64,000 nt of DNA from Clostridiales bacterium (GTDB lineage Bacteria > Bacillota > Peptococcia > DRI-13 > UBA5745), in contig WRIW01000004.1 of assembly GCA_009782505.1 (NCBI GenBank), forward strand, positions 25,123 to 89,122, written 5' to 3'. The position numbers were made by a program, and so were the translations under genes. The notes under the pieces are model-generated. The model was not told where the DNA came from and did not search any database. It saw only the letters and a list, made by a program, of their open reading frames with translations. Below, piece after piece: positions 38,857 to 48,226 of the stretch (the stretch's first letter is position 1; every line of letters begins with the position of its first letter).

Positions 38857-39957
38857 ATGAAAATACTATTATTCGGCGGTTTCCTCGGTTCAGGCAAAAC
38901 CACCATTATCCGCGCCTTTATCGACGCCATCCAGTCCGGCGACCATGGTACCATCGCCATCATCGAAAATGAGATCGGCGAAGTGGGCATCGACGACGTC
39001 CTGCTGCGCGACAGCAGCGTAGAGGTCAAGCCGATATTCGGCGGCTGTGTCTGCTGCGAGATCACAGGCAGCCTGATCGGCGCGGTGGACGAGATCTCGA
39101 AGATGATCGATCCCGAGTGGCTGATCATCGAGCTCACCGGCGCGGCAGAGCTTTCTAACGTAAAGGAACTGCTGGAAGGCTTCACGAGAGTCGTCTCTAA
39201 GGTGGCGGCAATCTCTGTGGTGGATGGCAGCCGATGGGCGAAATTCTCGAAAATCGGGCAGTTTTTCTTCGAGCAGATCATGAGCGGCGATATCGCTATC
39301 CTGAACAAAGCCGACCTCTGCCCCGATCCGAAAGAGATCGAGAGAAATATCAAGGAGCTTACCGGCCTGCCCGAGGTCGTCCACATGTCCGCGGACAAAG
39401 ACAGAGTCGCCGACTGCGCGGAGATACTGGAAGCCTTTTACCATCTCAAGGGCGACGACCATGACCACGACCATGACCACGACCATGATGAGCATGACCA
39501 TGAGCATGAGCATGAACACGACGACGACCATGAGCATGATGACGACGATCACGATCACGACGGCGAGCACGAGCACGACCATGAGCATGAGCGCATCATC
39601 GGCGCCTATGCGCGAAACTATACCGTGCTGAAGGAAAAAGCCGCGGATAAGGCAACCCTGGTAGAGGAGCTTACTAAGCTTTTCGTGGAAATCGGCGAAT
39701 TGCTCAAGCAAGACGACATCATCTACGGCCATGTGAAGGGCTTGCTGCTGGAATCTGAGAACAGTTATGTACGTTTCTCCCTTACCCGCCCCGGCTTCCC
39801 TGAGATATTGACGTCCGGCGGTTGGATCACCGCGGCCGGCGCCGATCCCATCGCGTTTACGCTGAATGTGAACGATATCAACCACTCCGAGGATGAGATA
39901 GCGGCTATGGTCGGCCCTTGCCTGGCGCGGTACGAAATCCTTTTTAACAAGGAATAA
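38857..39957 (+). CDS. CobW/HypB/UreG (COG0523-like) metallochaperone GTPase with His/Asp/Glu tract
   Basis: GGFLGSGKTT, ENEIGEVGID, GCVCC, NKAD; ~45-aa (D/E)H run. Confidence 0.88.
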   Translation: MKILLFGGFLGSGKTTIIRAFIDAIQSGDHGTIAIIENEIGEVGIDDVLLRDSSVEVKPIFGGCVCCEITGSLIGAVDEISKMIDPEWLIIELTGAAELSNVKELLEGFTRVVSKVAAISVVDGSRWAKFSKIGQFFFEQIMSGDIAILNKADLCPDPKEIERNIKELTGLPEVVHMSADKDRVADCAEILEAFYHLKGDDHDHDHDHDHDEHDHEHEHEHDDDHEHDDDDHDHDGEHEHDHEHERIIGAYARNYTVLKEKAADKATLVEELTKLFVEIGELLKQDDIIYGHVKGLLLESENSYVRFSLTRPGFPEILTSGGWITAAGADPIAFTLNVNDINHSEDEIAAMVGPCLARYEILFNKE

Positions 39958-39972
39958 AGGAGATAAAGCAAT

Positions 39973-40839
39973 ATGACGATCGGCGACACTTATTCAACCG
40001 GCTCGCCTGAATATTTCCTACCGATACCCGACCTGGGCATGGCTCTTGAGCGTATCGGCCTTGATCCGGGCGGCGACTACTCCCCCAACCTGGAAAATCT
40101 CCGAAAAATCATGCTGGCCCATATGATGACGGTGCCTTATGAAACGCTGGACTGCTGTGACTATAAGCGCCATGTGGACTTCGCCCCTGAGCACCTCTTC
40201 GAGAAGTTTGTATTGAACCGGCGGGGGGGTTACTGCTATGAGATCAACGGCTTCTTCATGTCCATCATCGAAGCCCTGGGTTACGACTGCTACGCTTTAG
40301 CGGGGCGTCTGCTCTTCGGGCAGCCGGTTTACAACCTGATGGGCCATCGCACGACCATCGTCACCATCGGCGACAGGCGGTATCTCTGCGACGTAGGGTA
40401 TGGCGCGGGCTGCGCCGAGGGGCCCGTGGACATAGATGAGCCGGGCATACAGGACGTCCTGGGCTACCGGTTTTCCATCCGACACCATGAGGGGGCGCAG
40501 TTTGGCGACATCACCCTGGTCAAGCACGCCGACGACGGCACGGAGTCGGATTTCTATAGCGCTTATCTGAAGCCGCACACGCTGCTGGAGTTTATCGCCA
40601 CGAATGAGCTTACGCAGAAAAGCGACCGCCGGGTCTGCCGCCTGCGCACGGAGACCGGCAGCATGGCTGTGGACGGGACGATTTTCCGGCGCAAGGTGAA
40701 CGGCGAGGTTTTTGAGACGGAGATCACTAGCTATCCCCAGCTATATAAGATACTCACCGAAGAGTTCCATATGATCGTTCCGCGCTACTCCTTCAGCAAG
40801 ACCTGGCCCCGGGAGCTCGCCTGGGGCGACCGGCTGTAA
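39973..40839 (+). CDS. Arylamine N-acetyltransferase family
   Basis: PYETLD, RRGGYCYEING (Cys), GH (His), CDVGYG (Asp) catalytic triad. Confidence 0.88.
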   Translation: MTIGDTYSTGSPEYFLPIPDLGMALERIGLDPGGDYSPNLENLRKIMLAHMMTVPYETLDCCDYKRHVDFAPEHLFEKFVLNRRGGYCYEINGFFMSIIEALGYDCYALAGRLLFGQPVYNLMGHRTTIVTIGDRRYLCDVGYGAGCAEGPVDIDEPGIQDVLGYRFSIRHHEGAQFGDITLVKHADDGTESDFYSAYLKPHTLLEFIATNELTQKSDRRVCRLRTETGSMAVDGTIFRRKVNGEVFETEITSYPQLYKILTEEFHMIVPRYSFSKTWPRELAWGDRL

Positions 40840-40890
40840 GGCCGGAAAGCGGTTTTCTTGCATACATATGAGAATTGGCACATAATGATA

Positions 40891-40921
40891 AAAACGGAGC
40901 AGTTGTCGCTGCTCCGCCTTT
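40891..40921. terminator. Terminator between convergent genes
   Basis: cggagcag-N6-ctgctccg stem with flanking A/T runs. Confidence 0.5.
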
Positions 40922-40948
40922 ATATTATCTGCCTTTGTTATCCCTGTG

Positions 40949-41698
40949 TCACACGCCCGCCGGATTCTGCTCGCGTAATACGCGCAGCTCGTCTTCGGTG
41001 GGCTCGGGGGTCACCGGGAGATTGTCCCGGATGATGACGTCAAAGCCGGTGTTCTCTTTCAACTGCTCGATGGTGACGCCGGGATGGAGGGATACGACCT
41101 CAAGCTCGCCGGACTCCGCGCCCGTCTCCATCACGCACAGGTTGGTGAATACGGTGACGCCTTCCGTCCTGGGTAGTCCCGCCTCTTCTCTTGACTTCTT
41201 CCCTTTGTAGCAGCCCACCGACGTCACCCAGTCCACATGTTCGACGAATTTGCGCTTCTCATGGCGCATGATGACGAACACATGCTTGCTGAAGGTGGCG
41301 ATATCCGCGGCGCCGCCGCTTCCGGTCAGATGCTTGACGCCGTTGGCGTCCTTTACCAGGGACGAATTCAAGTTGGCGTAGCGATCCAGCTGGAGGCTGC
41401 CGAGAAAGCCGATATCGCAGACGCCCTTCTGCAGGATCTCGCCCAGGGTACCCATTAAGCCGGTGAATGAGTCATTCCCGTACCACAGCCGGGGATCGGC
41501 TATACCGACGCCCGAGTCGATGGGCTGGGGATTGACCACCCCTACCTCGTAAAACATGGTCAGATCCGGGGCGTGGGTGGCTTTTGCGAGGAAAGAAGCG
41601 ATCTGGGGCAAACCTAGCCCCACGGCTACGATCATGCCGTTTTGCAGCCTTCGCGCGGCGGTGACCGCCATTAGTTCATTCGTCGAATACTCTGCCAT
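40949..41698 (-). CDS. CoA-transferase beta subunit (glutaconate CoA-transferase-like)
   Basis: VGLGLP, FYEVG, QLDRYANLNS, GSGGAAD, VSLHPGVT. Confidence 0.88.
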   Translation of the reverse strand: MAEYSTNELMAVTAARRLQNGMIVAVGLGLPQIASFLAKATHAPDLTMFYEVGVVNPQPIDSGVGIADPRLWYGNDSFTGLMGTLGEILQKGVCDIGFLGSLQLDRYANLNSSLVKDANGVKHLTGSGGAADIATFSKHVFVIMRHEKRKFVEHVDWVTSVGCYKGKKSREEAGLPRTEGVTVFTNLCVMETGAESGELEVVSLHPGVTIEQLKENTGFDVIIRDNLPVTPEPTEDELRVLREQNPAGV

Positions 41699-42621
41699 TA
41701 CTGATGACCGCCTCCTCCCTTTACATACCCGTAAGCCGGATCCGCCCGGAGGGCGTTCATCCTTGCCAGGCCGCCCCATTTCTCCAGGAGCTCGTTGTGG
41801 TCCTTCGTGCCGAGTATGTATTCGTTCAGATACTCGTCGAAGGTCTCCTGCTTCTGGTTGACCTTGGCGTAGTGGGTCAGGGCTTCGGCGTCGTAGTCGT
41901 ACTCCTTGTATACCGCCGCCGGAAACGCCCCATAAGGGACGATGGCCACGGCGTAAGTGTAGACGCCGGGGATGGTGACTTTGTCCTGATTGTTTTTCAC
42001 ATACTGGTTGGAAACCAGCCTGTCCGCGGTGACGATAAGCTTTTTGCCGGCCTTGGCTGTCTCCAGATCCCAGACAGGGCCCTCGATGAGCACGTTGCCC
42101 AGTTCGTCCGCGGCTTGGGCGTGGATGCAGACATACTCCGGCTGGAGCTTCTTCAGGAATACGTACCGTTCCCCGTCGAAGGGCGACTCGCCGATGTATA
42201 CGCTGTCTTCCTTATCGGCAAGTAGCTTCTCCAGCATATCCGTCCCCAACAAAGTCTTCGTGGGGATGAAGGGGACGCCCATCGTGCCCGCCGTCATACG
42301 GAGAGCCATGGAGAGGTTGCTGAACTCCTTGATGTTGTACCTGCCCTGCTCGATGGCTTCGTTTACCCGGCTCAGCCTTCCGAAGTGATCCAGCGAACCG
42401 CCGCCGTACGCGTAGGACTTCACGCAACCCGCGCCCACCAGGAGATCCGACTCCATGTTGCCGGATACGCTGGTCAGCTCGATCTCCTTTTTCCCCTGGC
42501 GGATGAGTTCCGCGGCGAAGGCCATGCAGCAGCGGTTGATGATGAAGCCGCCCAGCCCGATCTCCGCGCCCCGGTCAGGTATCTCCCGGACGATATCGGA
42601 AAGCTCCCTGATCTTATTCAA
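41698..42621 (-). CDS. CoA-transferase alpha subunit
   Basis: IGLGGF, ELIRQG, GVPFIP, GTD, HAQAADELGN, PYGAFP. Confidence 0.88.
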   Translation of the reverse strand: MNKIRELSDIVREIPDRGAEIGLGGFIINRCCMAFAAELIRQGKKEIELTSVSGNMESDLLVGAGCVKSYAYGGGSLDHFGRLSRVNEAIEQGRYNIKEFSNLSMALRMTAGTMGVPFIPTKTLLGTDMLEKLLADKEDSVYIGESPFDGERYVFLKKLQPEYVCIHAQAADELGNVLIEGPVWDLETAKAGKKLIVTADRLVSNQYVKNNQDKVTIPGVYTYAVAIVPYGAFPAAVYKEYDYDAEALTHYAKVNQKQETFDEYLNEYILGTKDHNELLEKWGGLARMNALRADPAYGYVKGGGGHQ

Positions 42622-42627
42622 CGGCGA

Positions 42628-43101
42628 TCACCCCTCAAACTTCTCTAATACTTCCGCCGTCCCCATCTTGCCCATGCCGACGATGCAGACGTTGCCGTCC
42701 CTCTGGATGGGGAGCAGCTCGGGGCCGAGGCCGCTGACGATCTCTTCCGCGCGCATGATCACATTGGCGATGGGGCAGCTCAGGGGCTGCTGATCGATGA
42801 CGACGTTGACGAAAGTCGCCTGCTTGTCCATGAACTTGTCCCGCACCTGGATAAAAGCGCAGTCTTTGACCTTCATGTCGATGGTGAACTCGTTCTCCGA
42901 AAGCTCGATATCCGAGCAGAACCCTTCCTTCTTGAGGTACTCAACGATCTCTTTCTTATCGGAAGGGTTTTTCAGATTCTTGCCGATAAAGTCCGCGCCG
43001 ACCATGGTCAGGCGGTAGCGGGCGCCTTTTCCGCGTTCGTTCCAGAATTCCTTCTGTATCTCAAAAAGCAGGGAATCTTTAAAATCGCCCAATACGCTCA
43101 T
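42628..43101 (-). CDS. Hypothetical protein, V4R/MetOD1-like Cys pattern
   Basis: In operon with a GAGGAGG RBS; C...DCAF...SCP...C spacing resembles small-ligand V4R folds (inference). Confidence 0.65.
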   Translation of the reverse strand: MSVLGDFKDSLLFEIQKEFWNERGKGARYRLTMVGADFIGKNLKNPSDKKEIVEYLKKEGFCSDIELSENEFTIDMKVKDCAFIQVRDKFMDKQATFVNVVIDQQPLSCPIANVIMRAEEIVSGLGPELLPIQRDGNVCIVGMGKMGTAEVLEKFEG

Positions 43102-43103
43102 GA

Positions 43104-43811
43104 TTATTCCTCCTCTTTATAGTATGCGTCGCCGTATTTTTCGGAATAAACGATGTCCGACAGCTTATTGCGCGGCCTGGCATTGGGGTAGCGCCCCGCC
43201 GGCTCGCCGATGGAGATGATGCTGATGGTCTTATAGTCCTCGGGGATGCCAAAGTATTCGTTCAGCTTGATCTCGTCGCGGATATCGATGCAGGGGGCGA
43301 CAAGCCAGCAGGCGCCAAGGCCCGCGGCGGTCACGGCAAGCAGGATATGCTCGATGGCTGCCGACGTGTCGAAGGGCAGATCCCAGACTTCCTTTCTGCC
43401 GGTGATGATGACGATGACGTCGGACTGGGATACAAAGGCCGATACCTCGCCGGATGTAAGCTTCGCGAAAGCTCTCCTTCTCTTCTCCTCGTCCTGAAGG
43501 GTCTCGAAACGCTTCTGCATTTGTTTGCTTAAGAACTCGCCGGTGAAGCGGCGGCCGCTGCCTCTCTTGGAAATCATGGAGAGGAATTCTTTATTCTTCT
43601 CATCCCTTACTACGATAAATTTCCACGGCTGCGCGTTTTCGCCGGAAGGGGCCCAGCGGGCGCTTTCGAGAATCATCTCCAGATCCTCTTCAGACACCTT
43701 GGTCGGCGTATATGCCCTTACGCTTCGGCGCAAATCGACGACTTCCATAAATGCATCTTTTGCAGCTTCTTTATTCAAGTCTGCGAATGCGGCTCCTGGT
43801 CTTGGCTCCAT
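43104..43811 (-). CDS. Nitroreductase family flavoprotein
   Basis: RRSVRAY, WAPSGENAQPW, GLGACW; start after AGGAGG. Confidence 0.92.
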   Translation of the reverse strand: MEPRPGAAFADLNKEAAKDAFMEVVDLRRSVRAYTPTKVSEEDLEMILESARWAPSGENAQPWKFIVVRDEKNKEFLSMISKRGSGRRFTGEFLSKQMQKRFETLQDEEKRRRAFAKLTSGEVSAFVSQSDVIVIITGRKEVWDLPFDTSAAIEHILLAVTAAGLGACWLVAPCIDIRDEIKLNEYFGIPEDYKTISIISIGEPAGRYPNARPRNKLSDIVYSEKYGDAYYKEEE

Positions 43812-43933
43812 GTAACAATCCTCCTTAATCATGATCGATTTCAACTACACATTCCGCGTTCGGAACGCGTTTTCATTATATAGTACGCGAAAAAAAAAGT
43901 AAATCAGTTTTTTGTCCCGCCGCTTAAATGGGC

Positions 43934-43993
43934 TTGAGTTTTTGAAATGTATAGTGTACAATGAGTTAGTCTAACGATAAATCGTAATGATTA
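43934..43993 (+). promoter_or_regulatory. SigA promoter plus candidate operators for the O-demethylase operon
   Basis: TTGAGT-17 bp-TACAAT; GTTAGTCTAAC palindrome; TAAATCGTAATGATTA Zur-like site. Confidence 0.5.
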
Positions 43994-44017
43994 GCAACAA
44001 TTATTGGAGGGAACGGA

Positions 44018-45055
44018 ATGACAATTACGGAGAAAGAAAACCTGCTGCGTCTGGTCAGCGGGCAGGAACCCGCTTGGGTGCCGCGTAAGGGCATGATACC
44101 CTATGCCGACGTGGATCCCGAGCACCACAGCCCACCCAGCAAGGGAGCGTTTCCCGCGCTATTTCCACCTAAGCCCACTGACAACGGCGGTCGCGTCGAC
44201 ATGTTTGGCGTGGAGTATGAAGCCACCGACAGTACCGGCGGCCTCGCGCTCCCTATGCCGAACAAGTTCATCCTGGACGATATCACGAAGTGGCGGGACG
44301 TCATCAAGGTGCCCAGTCTCGAAGGGATCGACTGGGAAGCCGTGGCCAAGAAAGCCGTCGAGCACATCGACCGGCGCGACACCTGCGTGGACATGGGGAC
44401 CCATGTGGGTTATTTCCAGCACCTGATGAACTTTATGGGCTTTACCGAAGGCCTTTGCGCCCTGCAGGAGGAGCCGGAGGAAGTCATGGCGCTCTACGAC
44501 TATCTGGCTGATTTCTATGATACGATCGCTTTGAATCTTATCGACTACATCAAGCCCGATTTCTTCGGTATCACGGATGATACAGCCACCGCGCGCAGTC
44601 CGTTCATCTCCGTAGAGATGTATAAGGATATCGTCAAGCCATACCATGCCCGCTTAGGCAAGATCGCCCAGGATCGCGGCATCCCCGTAGAGATGCACAA
44701 TTGCGGCCGCTGCGAGGACGTCATCGACGACTGGATCGAGTTCGGCGTGAAGATATGGAACCCTGCTCAGATCATGAACGATCTGGTGGGCATCAAGAAG
44801 AAGTATGGCAATAGTTTGATCCTCACCGGCTGCTGGGATTCCCAGGGACCTCCCGGATGGCCCGGCACTGAGGAAGAAGTAGTCCGCCAGGCTGTGCGCG
44901 ACTGCATCGACACTTACGCCCCGGGCGGCGGCTTCTGCTTCTGGGCGTCCCTGTACGGCTCGAAGGAAAATGAAGCGCAAGCCAGGAAGCATGCTTTCTG
45001 GATCACCGACGAGTACAATAAGTACGGACGAACCTTCTATCAGAAGCAAGGTTGA
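44018..45055 (+). CDS. UroD/MtaA-family substrate:corrinoid methyltransferase (veratrol O-demethylase MT1-like), paralog 1
   Basis: TEKEN, LDDITKWRDV, MHNCG Zn motif, APGGGF; directly upstream of MT2 and corrinoid protein genes. Confidence 0.85.
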   Translation: MTITEKENLLRLVSGQEPAWVPRKGMIPYADVDPEHHSPPSKGAFPALFPPKPTDNGGRVDMFGVEYEATDSTGGLALPMPNKFILDDITKWRDVIKVPSLEGIDWEAVAKKAVEHIDRRDTCVDMGTHVGYFQHLMNFMGFTEGLCALQEEPEEVMALYDYLADFYDTIALNLIDYIKPDFFGITDDTATARSPFISVEMYKDIVKPYHARLGKIAQDRGIPVEMHNCGRCEDVIDDWIEFGVKIWNPAQIMNDLVGIKKKYGNSLILTGCWDSQGPPGWPGTEEEVVRQAVRDCIDTYAPGGGFCFWASLYGSKENEAQARKHAFWITDEYNKYGRTFYQKQG

Positions 45056-45098
45056 CCTGCCACCTCTACTTTATATCGAAAGGAAAGTTAAGCGCATT

Positions 45099-45917
45099 AT
45101 GATTATCATCGGAGAAAAGCTCAACGGTTCAATCCCAGGCATGGCGAAAGCGATCGAGGCGAAAGACGAAGCCAGGATCAAAGAGCTTGCCCGGATGCAG
45201 ACGGCGGCGGGCGCGGACTATCTTGACGTCTGCGCTTCGGTACAGGTGGATCAGGAAGTCGATACATTGAAGTGGATCCTGGACTTAGTTCAGGGCGCCA
45301 GCGACCTGCCCATCTGCCTGGATAGCCCCAGCGCGGAAACTCTTGTAAAAGCCTTGCCTTTTTGCCAAAGAACAGGTATAGTTAATTCAGTCTCAGGCGA
45401 AGGCAACAAAATCGACCTTATCTTCCCCGCCATCGCCAATACGGAATGGGGCTGCGTGGCTCTTTTATGCGACGACAGAGGTATACCCAAGTCAGTAGAG
45501 CAGCGGATGGAGATTTTCGAGGCTATCATGAAGAGGGCCAAGGAGTTCAACATCGCCCCCAGCCGCCTTTACATCGACCCTCTGGTCATCACCCTTTCCA
45601 CCGACGAGACCGCCCTCACCGTATTTGCCGAGTGTACCCGGCAGATCAAGGCGTTGTACCCCGAGATCCATATCACCAGCGGGCTTTCCAATATATCCTT
45701 CGGTTTGCCCGCCCGCAAGCTGATCAACATGGCATTTATGGTTCTGGCGGTGGGCGCGGGTATGGACAGCGCCATCGTCGATCCCACCAACCGTGATATG
45801 CTTGGGTTGATATACGCCACCGAAGCTCTGATGGAGAGAGACGAGTACTGCCTCGAATTCATCGGCGCGTATAAAGAAGGCCGCATAGGGCCCCCCCTTG
45901 AATCCCGTAAGAAGTAA
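45099..45917 (+). CDS. Methyl-corrinoid:THF methyltransferase (AcsE/MT2, pterin-binding)
   Basis: MIIIGEKLNG, GADYLDV, LDS, NSVS, IDPLV, GLSNISFGLP. Confidence 0.92.
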   Translation: MIIIGEKLNGSIPGMAKAIEAKDEARIKELARMQTAAGADYLDVCASVQVDQEVDTLKWILDLVQGASDLPICLDSPSAETLVKALPFCQRTGIVNSVSGEGNKIDLIFPAIANTEWGCVALLCDDRGIPKSVEQRMEIFEAIMKRAKEFNIAPSRLYIDPLVITLSTDETALTVFAECTRQIKALYPEIHITSGLSNISFGLPARKLINMAFMVLAVGAGMDSAIVDPTNRDMLGLIYATEALMERDEYCLEFIGAYKEGRIGPPLESRKK

Positions 45918-45953
45918 AAAAAATATAGTAAAGAAATTTAGGAGGTAGTATTC

Positions 45954-46586
45954 ATGTCAAAAATCCAAGAAATCGCTGCTGTTGTTGAAGCCGGGAAATC
46001 CAAAGAGATCGAAGCCCTCGTAAAGGCCGCTCTCGACGAAGGCGTCGCCCCGCTCGAGATCCTCAACGTCGGTATGATCGGCGCCATGGACGTAGTCGGC
46101 GCGAAATTCCAGAAGGAAGAAATCTTTATCCCGGAAATGCTCGTCGCCGCCCGCTGCATGAAAAAAGGCGTAGATGTGCTGAAGCCTCACCTGGGCGAGA
46201 CCGGCGGAGCCATGATCGGCAAAGCCGTCATCGGCACCGTCGCGGGCGACCTGCATGACATCGGCAAAAACCTCGTCTCCATGATGATCGAGAGCGCCGG
46301 CTTTGAAGTCAACGACCTTGGCGTGGACGTTCCCGCCGAGAAGTTCGTGGAAGCCGCCGAAGCCGACGAAGGGATCAACCTCGTCGCCGTGTCCGCTCTG
46401 CTGACCACCACCATGCCCGCCATGAAAGCGACTGTAGCCGCGCTCAATGCTTCGAAAGCCCGCGGCCGCTTCAAAGTCCTCGTGGGCGGCGCCCCCATCA
46501 CCGAAGGTTTCTGCAAAGAGATCGGCGCGGACGCCTATTCTCCCGACGCCGGCGCGGCAGCCCAGAAAGCCAAGTCCCTCGTCTAA
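45954..46586 (+). CDS. Corrinoid (B12-binding) protein
   Basis: GDLHDIGKNLV, DLGVDV, SALLTTTM, GGAP. Confidence 0.95.
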   Translation: MSKIQEIAAVVEAGKSKEIEALVKAALDEGVAPLEILNVGMIGAMDVVGAKFQKEEIFIPEMLVAARCMKKGVDVLKPHLGETGGAMIGKAVIGTVAGDLHDIGKNLVSMMIESAGFEVNDLGVDVPAEKFVEAAEADEGINLVAVSALLTTTMPAMKATVAALNASKARGRFKVLVGGAPITEGFCKEIGADAYSPDAGAAAQKAKSLV

Positions 46587-46631
46587 GGATGAGAATCCGG
46601 GCTTTCCGAAGGTGAACCAATCCTGGTAATT

Positions 46632-46667
46632 AAAAAGCAGTCTGCCATGTCGGCAGGCTGCTTTTTT
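46632..46667. terminator. Bidirectional intrinsic terminator
   Basis: aaaaagcagtctgcc-N5-ggcaggctgctttttt. Confidence 0.8.
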
Positions 46668-46781
46668 GGGCGCCTGTTTCGGAGCGGTCAGCACGGGCGA
46701 GGCAATACTATAGCGATGGATTGAACAGCTTTGCCTGCCAGATAAGGAATCGCAGACATGGCGAATTCGTGGGTGCGACTA

Positions 46782-48104
46782 TCAGCTGTCCAGTTTATCC
46801 AGGCCCAAACTTTGCATCCAGGTATCCAGCTGATCCAGGAAGCGCTTCTCATCCAGGTCTGTGCGGTCGCCGGGTTGGCTGCCTTCATAGTGCATGACGC
46901 TCAGTCCCGCTTCCTTGAGGTACATGGCCTGCTCCTTACGGGTAAGCGTGCAGCCCACTCCATGGCGCCAGATCGCCAGGAGCGCTCCGTTTGCCTTGCA
47001 TATCTTCGCGAACTCCACGATGGCGTCCCGGCGGATATACTCGTCCATTTTAAATGAATTCAGCCCCCTGGCTTCGGTGCCGGTGGTATAGCGCACCGCG
47101 TCTTCCCTGGTCTCGATGGGCGTGCCTTGCGGATAGCGGAATTCGTCCCGGGTACCTATGCTCCCGTCGGGCTGTATCTCCATGACGCCCGCCGTGATAT
47201 GGGAGTATTGGGAACCAAGGCACACCGCGCCATACTTCTCCATATAGCGGTAATACTTCATGAAATGCCAGGAGGGGGGATGAGCCTCGATCCAGCGGAA
47301 GCGCTCGTTGCCCACGGCGGCGATATGATTGTCCGCCCTCCACTGTACCTCGTCACGAACCATTTTCCAGAAAGCGACGGTAGCGTCGGGATCGATCTTT
47401 GTCAGCCCGCCTATGGTGTAGACGGAGTAAAGATCCTTGACCGAGAGCGGAGCGGGCACCGTAGTCGTCATGATGCGGGATACTTCCGTGCCATAGTCCT
47501 TGACCTGCTTGTCCGCGCCCATGAGTTCCACGTACTTCTCATCGTCAAACTTCTGGCCGAGGATGCGCTCGATGTCATTCAGGACGCGCAAATCGCAGTA
47601 TACCCTGTGCTCCAGCATAGGTTTGTTGCGGGCTTCGTCGAAAGGCCCGAAGTAAATCAGATTATCGCTGTTCCACTGGGGCATGTTTTCGAAATCCCTG
47701 GCTTGCTGGCCACGCTTAAGATGCTGGTCGCATACGCAGGGCATAGGCACGACCATCTTGCGCCTGGGCCACGGCGTACCGTCTTCGATGTACCCCAGGA
47801 ACTGGCCGCCCCAGCAGTTGCCCTGGTAGCCGCATATCTCCCGCCCCCAACCCCTGATCTCGCTGGCTAATCGCGCTTTACGGGCGTAGGGCTCGTTCTT
47901 ATTCTGCATCATTGCCCCCACGGGATTGTCTTCGATCAAGGTGACCGCGCGAAAGGCGTCCGCCCAGTTCACATTCGGCCCTGTATTGCCCTGGGCCACC
48001 ACATTTTCTACGCTTTCGATGGATTTCTGCCAGCCTGCCCTCAGCTCTTTGGCCTTATCCCAGAACTCAAGGGGCCTGGTCTCCCAGATCTGTCCGTTTG
48101 CCAT
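46782..48104 (-). CDS. 2-hydroxyacyl-CoA dehydratase family protein, BzdO-like (benzoyl-CoA reductase subunit)
   Basis: WDKAKELR N-terminus, EICGY, CVCDQH, NERFR...PPSW, GCT, YEGSQ..D; start after GGAGG. Confidence 0.8.
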   Translation of the reverse strand: MANGQIWETRPLEFWDKAKELRAGWQKSIESVENVVAQGNTGPNVNWADAFRAVTLIEDNPVGAMMQNKNEPYARKARLASEIRGWGREICGYQGNCWGGQFLGYIEDGTPWPRRKMVVPMPCVCDQHLKRGQQARDFENMPQWNSDNLIYFGPFDEARNKPMLEHRVYCDLRVLNDIERILGQKFDDEKYVELMGADKQVKDYGTEVSRIMTTTVPAPLSVKDLYSVYTIGGLTKIDPDATVAFWKMVRDEVQWRADNHIAAVGNERFRWIEAHPPSWHFMKYYRYMEKYGAVCLGSQYSHITAGVMEIQPDGSIGTRDEFRYPQGTPIETREDAVRYTTGTEARGLNSFKMDEYIRRDAIVEFAKICKANGALLAIWRHGVGCTLTRKEQAMYLKEAGLSVMHYEGSQPGDRTDLDEKRFLDQLDTWMQSLGLDKLDS

Positions 48105-48152
48105 ATTATGCCATCCTCCTATGCTTTGGATTGTGTTGCTTAATCCATTCGA

Positions 48153-48174
48153 TAATGATAGAATGTTATCATTA
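48153..48174. promoter_or_regulatory. TAATGATA-N6-TATCATTA operator (Fur-like) in the divergent promoter region
   Basis: Perfect 8-6-8 inverted repeat; overlapping GATAATGATA matches half of the Fur consensus. Confidence 0.55.
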
Positions 48175-48226
48175 ATTATATAGAAACCTTTTTGTTTTTT
48201 CAAGATAAGCGAGGGAGCGGATAAAA

